A stretch of DNA of 64,000 nucleotides from Octopus vulgaris (Eukaryota). A program made the position numbers and the translations under genes. The DNA is taken from contig OX597831.1 of the NCBI GenBank assembly GCA_951406725.2, forward strand, positions 42,718,001 to 42,782,000, read 5' to 3'. Under the pieces are notes generated by a model. That model saw only the letters and a program-made list of their open reading frames with translations, did no database searches and was not told the DNA's origin. Positions 1 through 13,049 of the stretch are shown piece by piece. Position 1 is the first letter of the stretch. Each line of letters starts with the position of its first letter.

Positions 1-597
1 TCACAAATGGAATGTTCGATGTGTTGCTAAACACTGAACGACATCGACGATAATAACAACAACAACAACAACAACAATGGCACTAACAATAATGTCGTCG
101 ACGACGCAGACGACACCTGCAAATATATTGCTATCTTATTTCTCTCTCCAGCAATTTACGTATTAGCATCAAAATGTTTGGAAAAAACAAGTGAATCGAA
201 GGAAGGACGTGAAGTTGCGTGACTCATCACACACATATCACGCAAACACGCATATACATATATACATATTCATACGTACTGACATATATGCATAAATGTA
301 TGGATGTAAGTGTATGTAAGTATCTTCGTGTGATATGTATGTATGCATCCATCTGTGTGTTATGTTATGTATGTATTTATGTAGTGTACGGATATCCCAA
401 TTCGATATCCACTATTAGACCTTGACAATCAATTTCCGTTCTCTCTAACGAAGATTCCTCGGCATTATTTAAAGTTACATTCATTGCTCTAAATCTGTGA
501 GACGGAGCTTTTACCTACTTTCTTGTTTATTTTTTACCACTGACCAAAACGGTAATCTAAACCGAAGCCTATTTTATGCAAGCGTATGTCTCATTAT

Positions 598-898
598 GTG
601 GAGGAACATGGCCTTGTGGTTAAAGCAGTGGACTCGCGGTCGAGGGACCGCGGGTTCGAATCTCAGATAGGGCGATATGTGTGTTTATGAGCGAAGCACC
701 TAAGTTCCACGCGGCTCCAGCAGAAGGTAATGGCGAACTTCTGCTGACTCTTTCGCCGCAACTTTCTCTCACTCTTTCCTCCTGCATCTTGCAGCTGAGC
801 TGCGACGGACCGGCGTCCCGTCCAGGTGGGGAACCTATACGTCAAGGAAACCGGTAAACCAGCCCTATGAACCAGGTGTGGCTCGAGAAGGAACAAAC
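598..898 (+). mobile_element. tRNA-derived SINE, chimeric: family C head with family D-type tail
   Basis: A box TGGCCTTGTGGTTAAAG and B box GGTTCGAATCT; body matches the family C 5' half; tail GCGACGGACCGGCGTCCCGTCCAGGTGGGGAA matches family D; flanking direct repeat ATGTCTCATTAT (586-597) / ATATCTCACTAT (899-910). Confidence 0.85.
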
Positions 899-1427
899 AT
901 ATCTCACTATATGGAGGTAGCTTGGCCGACTAGTTCGGGAGGTCGCTTTTCAATCTTGAAGTCCCTGGATCGATACAACTGCACAGTACTTATGGTAAGT
1001 ATATTCTGTCTTTGACTTGATTTATCCAAAGACTTGTGCAAAATATGGGCATTTATTTTCTTATTTTATGTCTTTTAATCAAGAGGGAAGGCAGTACCAA
1101 TGGCCCTTTAGATGGTAGGTGGGAGAGAGAGGATGGTACTTTCAAACCAGAAACCTGTCCCGAATGCTTGCAACCGAGTGGATACTATTAAAGGTACCAG
1201 GTGCACCCGACAGATGGAGCTCCATGGGTATTTAAAGACGGTCCATCTTGTACCCTTACACTGTTTTAACATGTGTTGATTTTCCTGTTGATCCAATCAA
1301 ACTGGAACAAATGGGACAATTATCTACGGAACCGACACAAAAACATCCTTGAACTCATCAAATTACGATCAAATACTGAGACAACACTGCCTGTCTGTCT
1401 GTCTGTATTTATTTCTCTCCATTTCTT

Positions 1428-1467
<40 letters not shown>

Positions 1468-1952
1468 TCTCTCATTTTCTTTCTCTTTTTCCTTCGCTCT
1501 CCTCATTTAATCAATTTACGCTTCACTGAGCAAAGACAGTCCTCCCGGGGCTTTAACTAAACCAAATTTCAGTTGAATATTTTGGGTTTCAAAGGAAGGC
1601 AAAGGCGAAGGGAAAGAATTACAAAACACAAACATAAATAAAATAGATTACAGAGAGCCAAGACAATTAAAAACAGAATCAAACAAAAACCAATCACCCA
1701 TACTTCATTTCCAATTAACTGACGAGTATTCATATAAATTTTGAAATCGATGAAAAAAAAAAAGTAAAAGAAAAAATAAATTTTAAAAATCATTATTTCA
1801 CCACCACCACCGCTTCCGCTACCATTTACCCTTCCAGAATGGAAGAAGTCGATAGTTTCAAGAAATATCTTGCCAAAAATTTTGAGAAAAAATGTGTTCC
1901 CTATCAATCTATCTGATTTTTCGTTCATCATCATCATCATATATAAATATAT

Positions 1953-2079
1953 GTGTGTATGTATGTATGTATGTATGTATGTATGTATGTATGTATGTAT
2001 GTATGTATGAATGTATGTATGTATGTATGTATGTATGTATGTATGTATGTATGTATGTATGTATGTATGTATGTATATA

Positions 2080-2130
<51 letters not shown>

Positions 2131-2370
2131 GTGTGTGCTTATATGTGTGCGTGTGTGACTTTGCATGTGTGCACGCGCATGTGTGAGAGTTTGTGAGTGC
2201 ATGTGTGTAAACACAAAAACACCACATATACACACTCAAGCGCACAATATCACACACATATATGTGTATTAATGTATATCCCTCCCTCCCTCCCTCCCTC
2301 CATCCATCCATCCATCCATCCATCCATCCATCCATCCATCCATCCATACATACATACATACATACATACA

Positions 2371-2400
<30 letters not shown>
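1953..2400. repeat. compound microsatellite (TATG)n-(TA)n, then (CCCT)n-(CCAT)n-(ACAT)n
   Basis: Read directly; source of the overlapping YVCM/HTYI pseudo-ORFs. Confidence 0.97.
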
Positions 2401-2403
<3 letters not shown>

Positions 2404-2710
2404 GCATACCTATATGTGTGGGTGTTTTGATCTTGAAATATTTTTTTTTAGCATTTTCCAAAATTTCATGATTCCAATCGAACTAACGTCGTCCTGATCA
2501 TGTGTTTGTGCGTACATACATCATACATACAAGCATGCATACATGCATGTATATATGTGTGTGTACATTCACACGCGTGCGCACGCACACACACGTGTGT
2601 ATACACGCACAGAAACACACATGCACGTGATGAGGATGACAGTGGCTCGATTGAAAAAGGAAAATTAAAGGAATAAGTTAAAATGAAATTCAAACTGAAA
2701 GTAAGGCTAA

Positions 2711-2779
<69 letters not shown>

Positions 2780-3320
2780 TGCCCTGATGCAATACCAGGC
2801 AGTGGCTCTCATGGCTTCTGATCTTAACTGACTGGAAGTGTTATCGTGTACATTGTTTTGTCTTGGTATAAAAGATGGGCTAGAGCAAATATTCTGCTCA
2901 ATACCAAATATTTGCTTGTAAGTTGTTTGACCTTAACCAGTTGAGCATGTCCTTTAGTGGCTGACAATATGTGCGTCTCTGATCACGAGTAGGAGTAGTC
3001 GGGGAGTATCATACCAATGGGTTGAGAGGAATTCTTTAGGTTTTGAGTAATTCACCTCTGGAATCATGGGTGTTTCTTTCCTTATCCTTAAACAATACTT
3101 ATTCAGGGACCTTTTGATCAGAATGAGCCCTAACTGGGCTCCACCTGCAAGGCCATAAGCTGTTTATCTTGATATGAGATTACCATGTCGTGCACATATA
3201 GTTGTGATGTATGTGTCTGGTGTACTTTTACAGAACGTGTATTCATGATGTGTATATTGGGCTTCGTATATTTGTACCTCAGTGTCACTTGGCAGCGTGT
3301 ACAACTCTTTCACACGATCA
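2780..3320 (+). mobile_element. non-autonomous (TAA)n-associated retroposon, family E
   Basis: Follows (TAA)n at 2711-2779; colinear with the inverted copy at 33903-34457 and partial copies at 27945-28321 and 53398-53447. Confidence 0.8.
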
Positions 3321-3675
3321 TATCGATGAAGATGATGATGATGATTTTATGGTAAAGGCGATTAATTTTCTAAGCAACATTCAAGGTAACGAGACAAACA
3401 CATATTTTTGATTAACCGTAAAAACGTCTTAGCACAGAATTGCTTCGTGTTATTTGATTATTTTCGTATAGAGTGTTCAACTGATCGACAGCTTTAAAAG
3501 CAGGTCAGATTTTTTCCAATCATGGTTGGTTTAAATTACCTTAGAATTCATTTCCTGAGAGAAATTAATTATCATAAAATAAACAGTTTGTAGTAATAAT
3601 ATTTTTATGAATAATTTCCAATAGTTTTTATTAAGTTGGAAAAGAAAAATCAAGACAAAATTAATCTATAGTTAT

Positions 3676-3897
3676 TTTGTTATTGCCCACAGTACTGTAA
3701 ACATAGAGGGGACAAACAAGGACAGACAAAAGGATTAAGTCGATTGCATCGACACCAGTGTATAACTGGTACTTATTTAATCGACCCCGAAAGGATGAAA
3801 GAGAAAATCGACCTCGGCGGAATGTGAACCTAACGGCAGACGAAATACCTCTAAGCTTTTCGCCCGGCGTGCTAACGATTCTGCCAGCTCGCCGCCC
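3676..3897 (-). mobile_element. tRNA-derived SINE family A (long-tail A1)
   Basis: Minus-strand GGCGGCGAGCTGGCAGAATCGTTAGCACGCCGGGCGAAA head, TTTCATCCTTTCGGGGTCGAT core and TTGTCTGTCCTTGTTTGTCCCCTC tail, shared with more than 30 copies in the window. Confidence 0.9.
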
Positions 3898-4230
3898 TAA
3901 AATTAATCTATATTGGAAGTTTTTAAAGAATGTCGCTGTTTCTTACAGACGTGTTTCAGCTTTATCAACTTCTTCAGTAGAGCAATGGGAATTCTGCTTA
4001 TGAAGGAAAACTATATTAGTATCAATGGTGTGTTCAATTCAAAGTGAAGTTTTTCCAAACCAAAACGGTGTGTTAGTTTATGAAATTAGATTAATGTGAG
4101 ACGTGAAAAGTTGAAATGAAATAACTTTACTAAGAATAGAATACATAATTCTTTCGCTCTAAAGACCACTCAGTTCTTCAGAATTATATGATTCTTGATT
4201 TCATTTCTTTTCAGTGGAAAGTTTCGTTTT

Positions 4231-4620
4231 AGGTGCAGGCATGGCTGGGTAGTTTAAGCAGCTCGCGTTGCAACCACATGGTTTCTGGTTCTGTCCCACT
4301 GCGTGGCACCTTGGGCAAGTGTCTTCTATAGCCTCGGGCTGACCAATATTTTGGGAGTAAATTTGGTAGATGAAAACTGTGTTGAAGCCCATTGCATATA
4401 TATACATGTGTATGTGTGTCATTGAGTCACATACGCCCACCACTTGACAGCCGGTGTTGGTGCTTGTTTACGTCATCGTAGCTTAGCAGTTCGGCAAAAA
4501 GACCGATACAATAAGTACCAGACTTAAAAAAAAAACACCTAAGTTCTGGGGTCGACAAAAGGCCTTGAAGGCGGTGCCCCAGCATGGCCTTAGTCCAATG
4601 ACAGAAACAAGTAAAAAATA
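4231..4620 (+). mobile_element. tRNA-derived SINE family B (CORE-like, internal microsatellite)
   Basis: tRNA-like head, GCGTGGCACCTTGGGCAAGTGTCTT CORE-like segment, internal TA/TG tract, 3' GGCGGTGCCCCAGCATGGCC...GAAACAAGTAAAA. Confidence 0.88.
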
Positions 4621-5069
4621 TTACACTTTATTTATTTACTTTGGTAATTTTTTTGTTTTGTTGTGGAATTGGCAATCAGCCTATTTCTATCCCAGACAGA
4701 TCAATCAAAGCTGGGTTAATTCGACGGTTCTTGAACTGGTATATATTAATAATAAACTCCCGCCAAAATATATTGGTGGGATTTTTTGCATTTCTCACAG
4801 ACTTTCTTTATTAATTGAGTAGACGGAATAGTTTGCTCCAAAAGAATTCTACTTTCTTTTCCATGGTGTTGGATAAGTTTAAAATGAAGGAAGCCATCTT
4901 AATTCTATTAAGTATGGCAATTTGCCCACCTCTTTTCCACCCTCGCTCTTTTCTCTCCCACCTCATAAGAAACACTAGGTTGATTTTATAAAAAGAAACG
5001 ACGAAGATTTCTATTAAAAGGGGAAATAATCATAATCAGTAATTTAACATACATTATCATTCGAGAAAT

Positions 5070-6475
5070 AAAAGCGATGAACTGGAAGAATCATTTGAGC
5101 ATTTAAAAAAGAAAAAATGCCCTGCAGTATTTGTTCCAGTTCATTATGTTCAGAGTTCAAATTCCGCTGAAGTCGACTTCGCCTTTCTTTCCTTTCGTGG
5201 ATCGATAAAATAAGCACCGGTTAACCGCTGCGTTCAATGTTATCGACTTCAGGCCGTGTGCCTATAGTAGAGATAATTGGATGGATGGAAGCACTCCGTC
5301 GGTTACGACGACGAGGGTTCCGGTTGATCCGATCAACGGAACAGCCTGCTCGTGAAATTAACGTGTAAGTGGCTGAGCACTCCACAGACACGTGCACCCT
5401 TAACGTAGTTCTCGGGGATATTCAACGTGACACAGAGAGTGACAAGGCCAGCCCTTTGAAATACAGGTACAACAGAAACAGGAAGTAAGAGAAAGTTGTG
5501 GTGAAAGAGTACAGCAGGGATCACCACCATCCCCTGCCGGAGCCTCGTGGAGCTTTAGGTGTTTTCGCTCGGTCTGGGAATCGAAACCGCGATCCTACGA
5601 CCGCGAGTCCGCTGCCCTAACCACTGGGCCATTGCGCCTCCACAGTAGAGAGAATTATCATTTAATAAATAAAGGTATCCATCTAGCAGAATCGTTTGAG
5701 CGTCGGAGAATAATATTTTAAAGTAATTGTACAAGCACTTTACGTTCTGAGTTCAAATCTCGCCGTGGTCAACCTGCTTTTCATTCTTTGTGAGGGGAGG
5801 GGGCGATAAAATAAAGTACCAATCGATGGCTTCAACTATAGCTCTCCCCTAAAAATACTCAGTCTTGAGCCTCAATTCTTTATAATTTTGGTACACGGCC
5901 AGCAATTTTTAGGGTGAGCATGTTAACCGATTACAGCGGCATTAGTGCACCACGAGCACTTATTTTATAATGCCACCCACCGAAAGGTTAAAACGCAAAG
6001 CTGACCTCGGTGGAATTTGAACTCAGAATGTAATGAGCCAGACGCCGCTCAGAATTTTTTCTCAGATGCGCAACCAATTCTTATTTCTTTACTGCCCACA
6101 GGGGGCTAAACATAGAGGGGATAAACAAGGACAGACAAAGAGATTAAGTCGATCACATCGACCCCAATGCGTAACTGGTACTTATTTAATTGACCCCGAA
6201 AGGATGAAAGGCAAAGTCAACCTCTGCGGAATTTGAACTCAGAACATAAAGACAGCATTTCATCCAGCGTGCTAACGTTTCTGCCAGCTCGCCGCTTTAG
6301 TCTTGTGTCTAACCCATTATCTTTTAATTAAATAACAAGGCCAATTAGTAGAATCGTAAGAGTGTTGAAGGAAAGCCTTGACGCATTTGCTCTCACTCTT
6401 TGGGTTCTGAGTTCATATCACGCCAAGGTCAGATTTGCCTTTTATTCCCAGGCGTCAATAAATCAAGAACCGGTA
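5070..6475. mobile_element. cluster of family A SINE copies on both strands (about 5070-5275, 5675-5880, 5885-6075, 6078-6297, 6345-6475), with a nested family C copy
   Basis: Repeated GAGTTCAAAT B box and GTCGACTTTGCCTTTCATCC core motifs. Confidence 0.8.
5279..5643 (-). mobile_element. tRNA-derived SINE family C
   Basis: Minus head GTGGAGGCGCAATGGCCCAGTGGTTAGGGCAGCGGACTCGCGG...GGTTTCGATTCC; 13-bp target site duplication AGTAGAGATAATT (5266-5278) / AGTAGAGAGAATT (5644-5656); (TCCA)n tail. Confidence 0.92.
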
Positions 6476-6492
6476 CCAACATGGTAAGATGA

Positions 6493-6730
6493 AGGTCTTT
6501 TCCCGAGTCGTAAAGACTTATAGGGCCTGTTTCCTGGTTTCCATGGCGTATACATTCCTCACTTGGACGAAATGCCGGTCCATCGCAGGATTACTCATTT
6601 TTGCCTGCTGAGCGGACTGGAGCAAGATGAAATGAAGTGTTTTGCTCAAGAACACTATGCGTCGCCCTGTCCAGGAATTGAAACCACAATTTTAAGATCA
6701 TGAGTCCAACGCCCCTAACCACTAAGCCAC
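6493..6730 (-). mobile_element. tRNA-derived SINE family D (V-SINE-like central motif)
   Basis: Minus head GTGGCTTAGTGGTTAGGGG; TGCGATGGACCGGCA motif; similar to 38644-38900 and 51458-51697. Confidence 0.8.
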
Positions 6731-7284
6731 AATCGAGTATATACTTCCTTTAAAATTTCTAGCTTTGTCTCTGTATAAATAATTATAATAGCAGTGGGTT
6801 GTCAACATCACATTTTTATTAACCTTTAGATACGAAGTATACCAATACGTTATGTATTTGATCTCCAATGCGACAGGAAGTCAAAGCATTTAAAAACCAG
6901 TTATTCACATACAATCACAGTCCGTCACTAAAACACCTGATAGCGGTAACATTACACACACACACACACACACATGTAGATTATATTATTGTTTTGTTTA
7001 ATAGTGTTTACGTTTGGTGAGCGCTGCGTGACTGGTGTTTGGGTGTTTTAAGTGTAGTGTAGGTGACTGTATAAGCGAATGTGCTAGCTGCGTGGGTTGC
7101 GCTATAATATTGGGTGATAAGAGCGTTGAATACGAGTTGCGTGAATTGTGTAGGATGTGTTATAGTATTGGCTGTCGATTATGTAATGTTATGACTTGTG
7201 ATATTCTTATTGCGCGGTGGTTATTGAAGAATAGTCGTTGCTTTTATTTTTTTCATTACCGTTTCTTTATTTCATTCTTATTTT

Positions 7285-8070
7285 ATGGTGGCGCGGTGGA
7301 AGAATCGTTAGCATGCTGGGCAAAATATTTAGCTGCATTTCGTTCGGCATTCTGTTCTGAGTTCAAATCCAGCCAAGACCTAGTTTCTTTTCGTCCATTC
7401 CGGGGTCGATAAAATAAGTACCAGTTGAGCACTGGGGGTCGACGTAATCGACTTAACCCCTCCCTACATTGCTGGTCGTGTGCCAAATTTTGAAACCCTT
7501 ACTATTTCCTTGTTTTATTATTTTATTTCTTTATTGCCCACAAGGGGCTAAACATAGAGGGGACATAAAATCATGAAATAAACAGTTTGTAGTAATAATA
7601 TTTTTATGAACAATTTGCAATAGTTTTAATTAAGTTGGAAAAGAAAAATCAAGGCAAAATTAATCTATAGTTATTTCGTTATTGCCCACAGGACTGTAAA
7701 CATAGAGGAGACAAACAAGGACAGACAAAGGGATTAAGTCGATTACATCGACACCAGTGCGTAACTGGTACTTATTTAATCGGCCCCGAAAGGATGAAAG
7801 AGCAAAATCGACCTCGGCGGAGTTTGAACTCAGAACGTAAAGCGGTGAACCGGTAGTATTGTTATTCCGCTGAGCAAAATGCTTATCGGCATCCCATCCG
7901 TCGCTACGTTAAGAGTTCAAATTCAGTCGAGGTCGACTTTGCCTTTCATCCTTTCGAGATCGATAAATTAAGTACCAGTGAAACACAGGAATCGATATAA
8001 TCGACTCGTCCCCCCCCACCACCACCACCCCAAAATTTCAGGCCTTGTATCTATTGTCGAAAGAATCATT
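7285..8070. mobile_element. family A SINE cluster (7285-7495 plus, 7525-7565 tail minus, 7675-7840 minus, 7840-8070 plus)
   Basis: Family A core and tail motifs in both orientations. Confidence 0.85.
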
Positions 8071-8075
8071 ATTAT

Positions 8076-8325
8076 TGGCGGCAATGGTTGTGATGGTGGC
8101 GACGGTGGTGATAAAAGAAGGCAACAGTTGCGGCGGAAGTATTGGTGGTAGTGGTAATGACGGTGGTGATAGTTGTGACAGTGGTGGCGATGGTAGTGGT
8201 TGTGGTGGTTGTGGTGGTTGTGGTTGTGGTGATGGTGGTTCCCATGGAGATGTTGATGGTGAATGTAGAGATAATGACGTTAATAGCCATAATGCCAATG
8301 ATAATGGTAGTGGTGGTGGAGCCAT
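8076..8325. repeat. degenerate (GGT/GAT)n trinucleotide low-complexity tract
   Basis: Read directly; gives poly-V, poly-G, poly-T or poly-P ORFs depending on frame. Confidence 0.9.
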
Positions 8326-8811
8326 TTACTAAAGTTATCACTAAAGGCTTTCCATATATGACCCTCTCACCTTTTTATATATCATTGACAGCATTGACTA
8401 TTGCATCATTGTTTTTTTTTCGTTCTCTCTCCCCCTCTCTCTCTCTCCCTCAACACACACACACATGTAGCAAACAAATAATTGATGAATTGTGTAAATT
8501 GATAAACAATTAACACAAAGTCTGTAATCTTATTTTGAGAGCGGGTGGGGAGAGGGAGGAGGATCTAAATTTTGTTATTTTGACAGCAGCAGCAGCAGCA
8601 GCAGACTCGAGGAAAATGACAGCAAAGGAGGCGGCGGTAACAGCAGCAGCAGCAGCGGCAGCAGCAATGGCGGTTGTAGGGTGATACTGTTGATCACGTA
8701 GTTATTGATTTGTTGATTTTGATTGGGTTGTTGTTGTTGCTGTTGTTGATGTTAGTGTAGTTGTTGCTGATGTTGTTATCGATATATTTGTTGAATATAT
8801 TGATTTTTTTT

Positions 8812-8990
8812 TAAACCTTAGGTCAAAGTTATTCCAGTCATGACCATCCCATCATTTTTAGGGATATCAAGAACAACTTAAAAACAAATGCATCTGTTCC
8901 CTTCTCAAAGTCGTCGGAGTGTGATCTGAGGGAGATTCGGCTGCCTTTTCTAGTATTTAGAACGACCACATACAAGATGCCTCGTTGGTT
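8812..8990 (-). mobile_element. old SINE-like family F copy
   Basis: Minus CTAGAAAAGGCAGCCGAATCTCCCTCAGATCACAC...GGGATGGTCATGACTGGAAT matches 46460-46640 (GAAATAGCAGCCAAATTTCC...GGGATGGTCACAGCTGAAAC); further fragments near 9640-9710, 19765-19925 and 31085-31180. Confidence 0.65.
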
Positions 8991-9190
8991 CGTTTATTTC
9001 TATTCTGACGTTGTTGTTGTTGCCGTCGTTGGTGGTGGTGGTGGCGATGGTGGTGGTGGTGATGGTGGCGGCGGTGGTGGTGGTGGTGGTGGTGGTGGTG
9101 GTGGTTGTAGAGGTGCTGGTAGTGTTCATCCCAGCTCAGCTCTGACAGAATAAAACTCAAAGAGCCGTCTTTTTTTTTTGGAGTATCTAC

Positions 9191-9414
9191 TCTTTACTCT
9201 TTTACTATTTTACTTGCTTCAGTCATTTGACTGCGGCCATGCTGGAGCACCGCCTTTAGTCGAGCAAATCGACCCCAGGACTTATTCTTTGTAAGCCTAG
9301 TACTTATTCTATCGGTCTCTTTTGCCGAACTGCTAAGTGACGGGGACGTAAACACACCAGCATCGGTTGTCAAGCGATGTTGGGGGACAAATACAGACAC
9401 ACAAACGTCCTTAT

Positions 9415-9452
<38 letters not shown>

Positions 9453-9606
9453 GTATATACGACGGGCTTTCCGTCAACCAAATTCACTCACAAGGCTTTG
9501 GTCGGCCCGAGGCTATAGTAGAAGACACTTGCCCATGGTGCTACGCAGTGGGACTGGACCCGGAACCATGTGGCTGGTAACCAAGCTACTTACCCCACTG
9601 CCACTC
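9191..9606 (-). mobile_element. SINE family B
   Basis: Near full-length; (CTTTTA)n-type tail at the low end, internal (CA)n(TA)n. Confidence 0.92.
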
Positions 9607-10020
9607 ACATTTTTTTTAAATGTGTCATTTCTTTAAAACACACTATAGGATGTGATTTGAAGGATATTTGACTGCTATTTTTTGCAAATTGAATGACCAT
9701 GTAAAGAATTCCTCTCTTTACTTGTCGTTGATGTTGCTCTTAGAATCGTTAGAGCGTCAAACAAAATGTTTGGCCTTTGGAGATCAATAAAATAAAGTAC
9801 GAATGTAAAAAAGGGAGTCAATACAAAACCAGGGGTCAATACAATCGACTATCTTACCCCATCTCTAAAATTACTGGCCTTGTGCCAATTTTATTTTTAC
9901 GTTAACCCTGTATACACGTAAAACCCTCACAACAACACACATGCGCACACGTACGCACATACATTCAATGTTTTGTCCTGTGCCGTCCCATCATCATCAT
10001 CATCATTCGTCATCATCATC

Positions 10021-10470
10021 TGCTGGCAGAATCGTTAGCACGCTGGACGAAATGCTTAGCGGTATTTCGCCCGTCGCTACGTTCTGAGTTCAAGTTCCGC
10101 CGAGGTCGACTTTGCTTTTCAACCTTTCGGGGTCTATGGAATAAGTACCAGCTGAGTATTGGGGTCAATGTAATTGACTAGCTCCTCACCCAAGTTTCGG
10201 GCCTTGTGCCTATAGTAGAAAGGATTGTAATTTTTATTATTATTATGTATAAAGGTGGCGAGCTGGCAGTATCGTTAGCACGCCGAGCGAAATGCTTAGC
10301 GGTATTTCGTCCGTCTTCACAATCTGAGTTCAAATTCTGCCGAAGTCGACTTTGCCTTTCATTCTTTCGGGGGTCTATAAATTAAGTACCAGTTACGTAC
10401 TGGAATCGATGTAATCGACTTTTCCCTCTTCCAAAATGGCTGCTCTTGTGGCAAATTTTGAAATCATTAT
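10021..10470 (+). mobile_element. two tandem family A SINEs (short-tail A2, ending GGCCTTGTGCCTATAGTAGAAAGG plus (TTA)n)
   Basis: Two heads at about 10021 and 10252 with A/B boxes and core. Confidence 0.9.
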
Positions 10471-10625
10471 TATTATTATGTACGTACGTACGTACATATG
10501 TACGTATGTATGCATGTATGTCATTATTCAGTTTAATTCAAGATTTCTTGCCAATAGAGTAAGAACCGGTTTCTAAATTAGATTCAAGGTTCTTTCATTG
10601 GAATTTCAACATCAACGACAGGGTA

Positions 10626-11462
10626 TGTACGTACGTACGTACGTACGTACGTACGTATGTATGTATGTATGTATGTATGTATGCATGTATGTATGTATGT
10701 ATGTATGTATGTATGTATGTATGTATGTATGTATGTACGTACGTACGTACGTACGTATGTATGTATGTATGTATGTATGTATGTATGTATGTATGTATGT
10801 ATGTATGTATGTATGTAGGTTCTCTCCTATGATTAGCTTTTTGAAGTCTTCCTGTAAGAAAGGCGCAGGTTTCTAACAAAAATGCAAAGCTCCATCATTA
10901 GAATGTAGATAACAAAAACAAATTCACATTTTGGAAATGAGATAAGTCTTGCATGTTTTTAGTCTGGCTAATAGATTGTATTTGTAATGTGCGTGTTAGC
11001 TGGTTGATTTCTTTTCCCGAAAACCCCAGCTTAACCAAGATTGTCACTTAAGCATTTCCTCACAAGGCAGAGTGCACCATTTATGGTATGTATGTATGTA
11101 TGTATGTATGTATGTATGTATGTATGTATGTATGTATGTATGTATGTATGTACGTACGTACGTACGTATGTATGTATGTATGTATGTATGTATGTATGTA
11201 TGCATGCATGCATGCATGTATGTATGTATGTATGTATGTATGTATGTATGTATGTATGTATGTGTGTGTATGTATGTATGTATGTATGTATGTATGTATG
11301 TATGTATGTATGTATGTATGCATACATGCATGCATGTATGTATGTATGTATGTATGTATGTATGTATGTGTGTGTGTATGTATGTATGTATGTATGTATG
11401 TATGTATGTATGTATGTATGTATGTATGTATGTATATATGTATGTATGTGTGTATGTATGCA
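10626..11462. repeat. long (TATG)n/(TACG)n tetranucleotide arrays (10626-10816 and 11087-11462)
   Basis: Read directly. Confidence 0.97.
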
Positions 11463-11996
11463 TTAGAAATATGCTGTTGTTTAAGCGTATGTCAAGTTTA
11501 TACAGTGTGTCATGTAAACTCGTGTTTGTAGAATGGAGATTGTGAGTGTGTGTATGCGCTATGTATGTATATGTGGTGTGTATAGACAGATAAATACATA
11601 CATACATATAAATAATTATCACATATAATGTATATTCACGTGAGTATGTGTGTGTGTGTGTGTGTTGATAGCTTTCTTATAATGGATTTACTGATAATTT
11701 TGTTATAAGACGTAATCTGTTTCAGCTATCAAGGGTGCTCTTCAGAGAAAAATCTATAAGAAATGCGTTGTTAATAGCCGAAATAACTGCACTTAGTCTT
11801 ATACCCGGAATAAATAAACGTTTTATCCTGTAAATATCACACTAATACGAATGATAGAATCTCAGCAACTTCAATTTGTATCCTTTCGAGCCAATGACAG
11901 TATATATCGATGTGTGGTCGATCTATCAGCAGAATATAATAGTCCAACCTACTCCAAATTTCGCGCAAGTATTTATTTTAAAACAATATTGGTGTT

Positions 11997-12173
11997 GGAG
12001 TGGCTGTGTGGAAAGAAGCTTGCTTCCCAACCACATTGTTCCAGGCTCAGTCCTACTGTATGGCACGTTACGCAAGTGTCTTCTGCAATAGCCTCGAATC
12101 GACCAAAGCCTTGCGAGTGGATTTAGTAGACGGAAACTGAAAGAAGACCGTCGAATATACATATGTATATTTA

Positions 12174-12217
<44 letters not shown>

Positions 12218-12410
12218 TCTCCCTGCCTGCCTATCACCGCTTGACAACCGGTGCTGTTGTGTTTATGCCCCCGAAACTTAGCGATTCGGCGATAGAGATT
12301 GGTAGAATAAGTACCAGGCTTATAAAGAATAAATCCTGGGGTCGATTTGTTCGACTAAAGGCGGTGATCCTGTACGGCCGCAGTCAAATAACTGAAACAA
12401 GTAAAAGAAT
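11997..12410 (+). mobile_element. SINE family B
   Basis: Head GGAGTGGCTGTGTGGAAAGAAGCTTGCTTCCCAACCAC, internal (TG)n, tail CAGTCAAATAACTGAAACAAGTAAAAG. Confidence 0.9.
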
Positions 12411-12421
12411 ATATGTATGTA

Positions 12422-12590
<169 letters not shown>

Positions 12591-12671
12591 GAGATCAGCG
12601 ATTGTATGTCGCTTAAAAAATATATAGTATTTGCAAGTGGAAAGACCTTTCGTCACTAGTTTGTGGTTGTT

Positions 12672-12713
12672 TCAGACTGAGAACGGATAACAACCAGAAA
12701 CCTAGGTGTGTGA
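12672..12713 (+). ncRNA. degenerate minimal hammerhead-like motif (Penelope-type terminus)
   Basis: TCAGA-CTGAGAA-CGG...CCA-GAA-ACCTAGGT-G-TGTGA; palindromic stem III but mutated core. Confidence 0.35.
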
Positions 12714-13049
12714 GTATCAAGTAAGGCTAGAGATGACAGCGATGACCTCCCTTGCAAATGCTATATGGACACAAACTGTATGCCGGTAGCCAGCTGGAAA
12801 AGTTGTTTTTCTGGACCTAAAACAACAGTAACATCGTCCTTCATAGGACTGCTACATTCTGTTGGCATATAAACACTACTGTCCGGTGTCCGGTTATGTT
12901 ACTGTGTATCTCTCGCTCATATATATGTAGGCATGTATATATATGTATGTATATATGCATATATTTATAAATTTTATATATATATATATTCATGTAGGTA
13001 TGTACATATATGTATGTATATATGCATATATTTATATATTTTTTATATT

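Noticed and set aside
1569-1940. 123-aa minus-strand hydrophobic ORF
   Set aside because: Starts in an (ATG)n repeat and its hydrophobicity reflects T-rich composition; no recognisable family
2780-2860. HDV-like or hammerhead ribozyme at the 5' end of family E
   Set aside because: CTGATGC lacks G8-A9, and I could not assemble P1, P2 and P3 pairings by eye; needs a descriptor search
8045-8680. Gly/Cys-rich or poly-Gln coding exon
   Set aside because: Degenerate GGT and CAG simple repeats between SINEs, with no convincing splice sites
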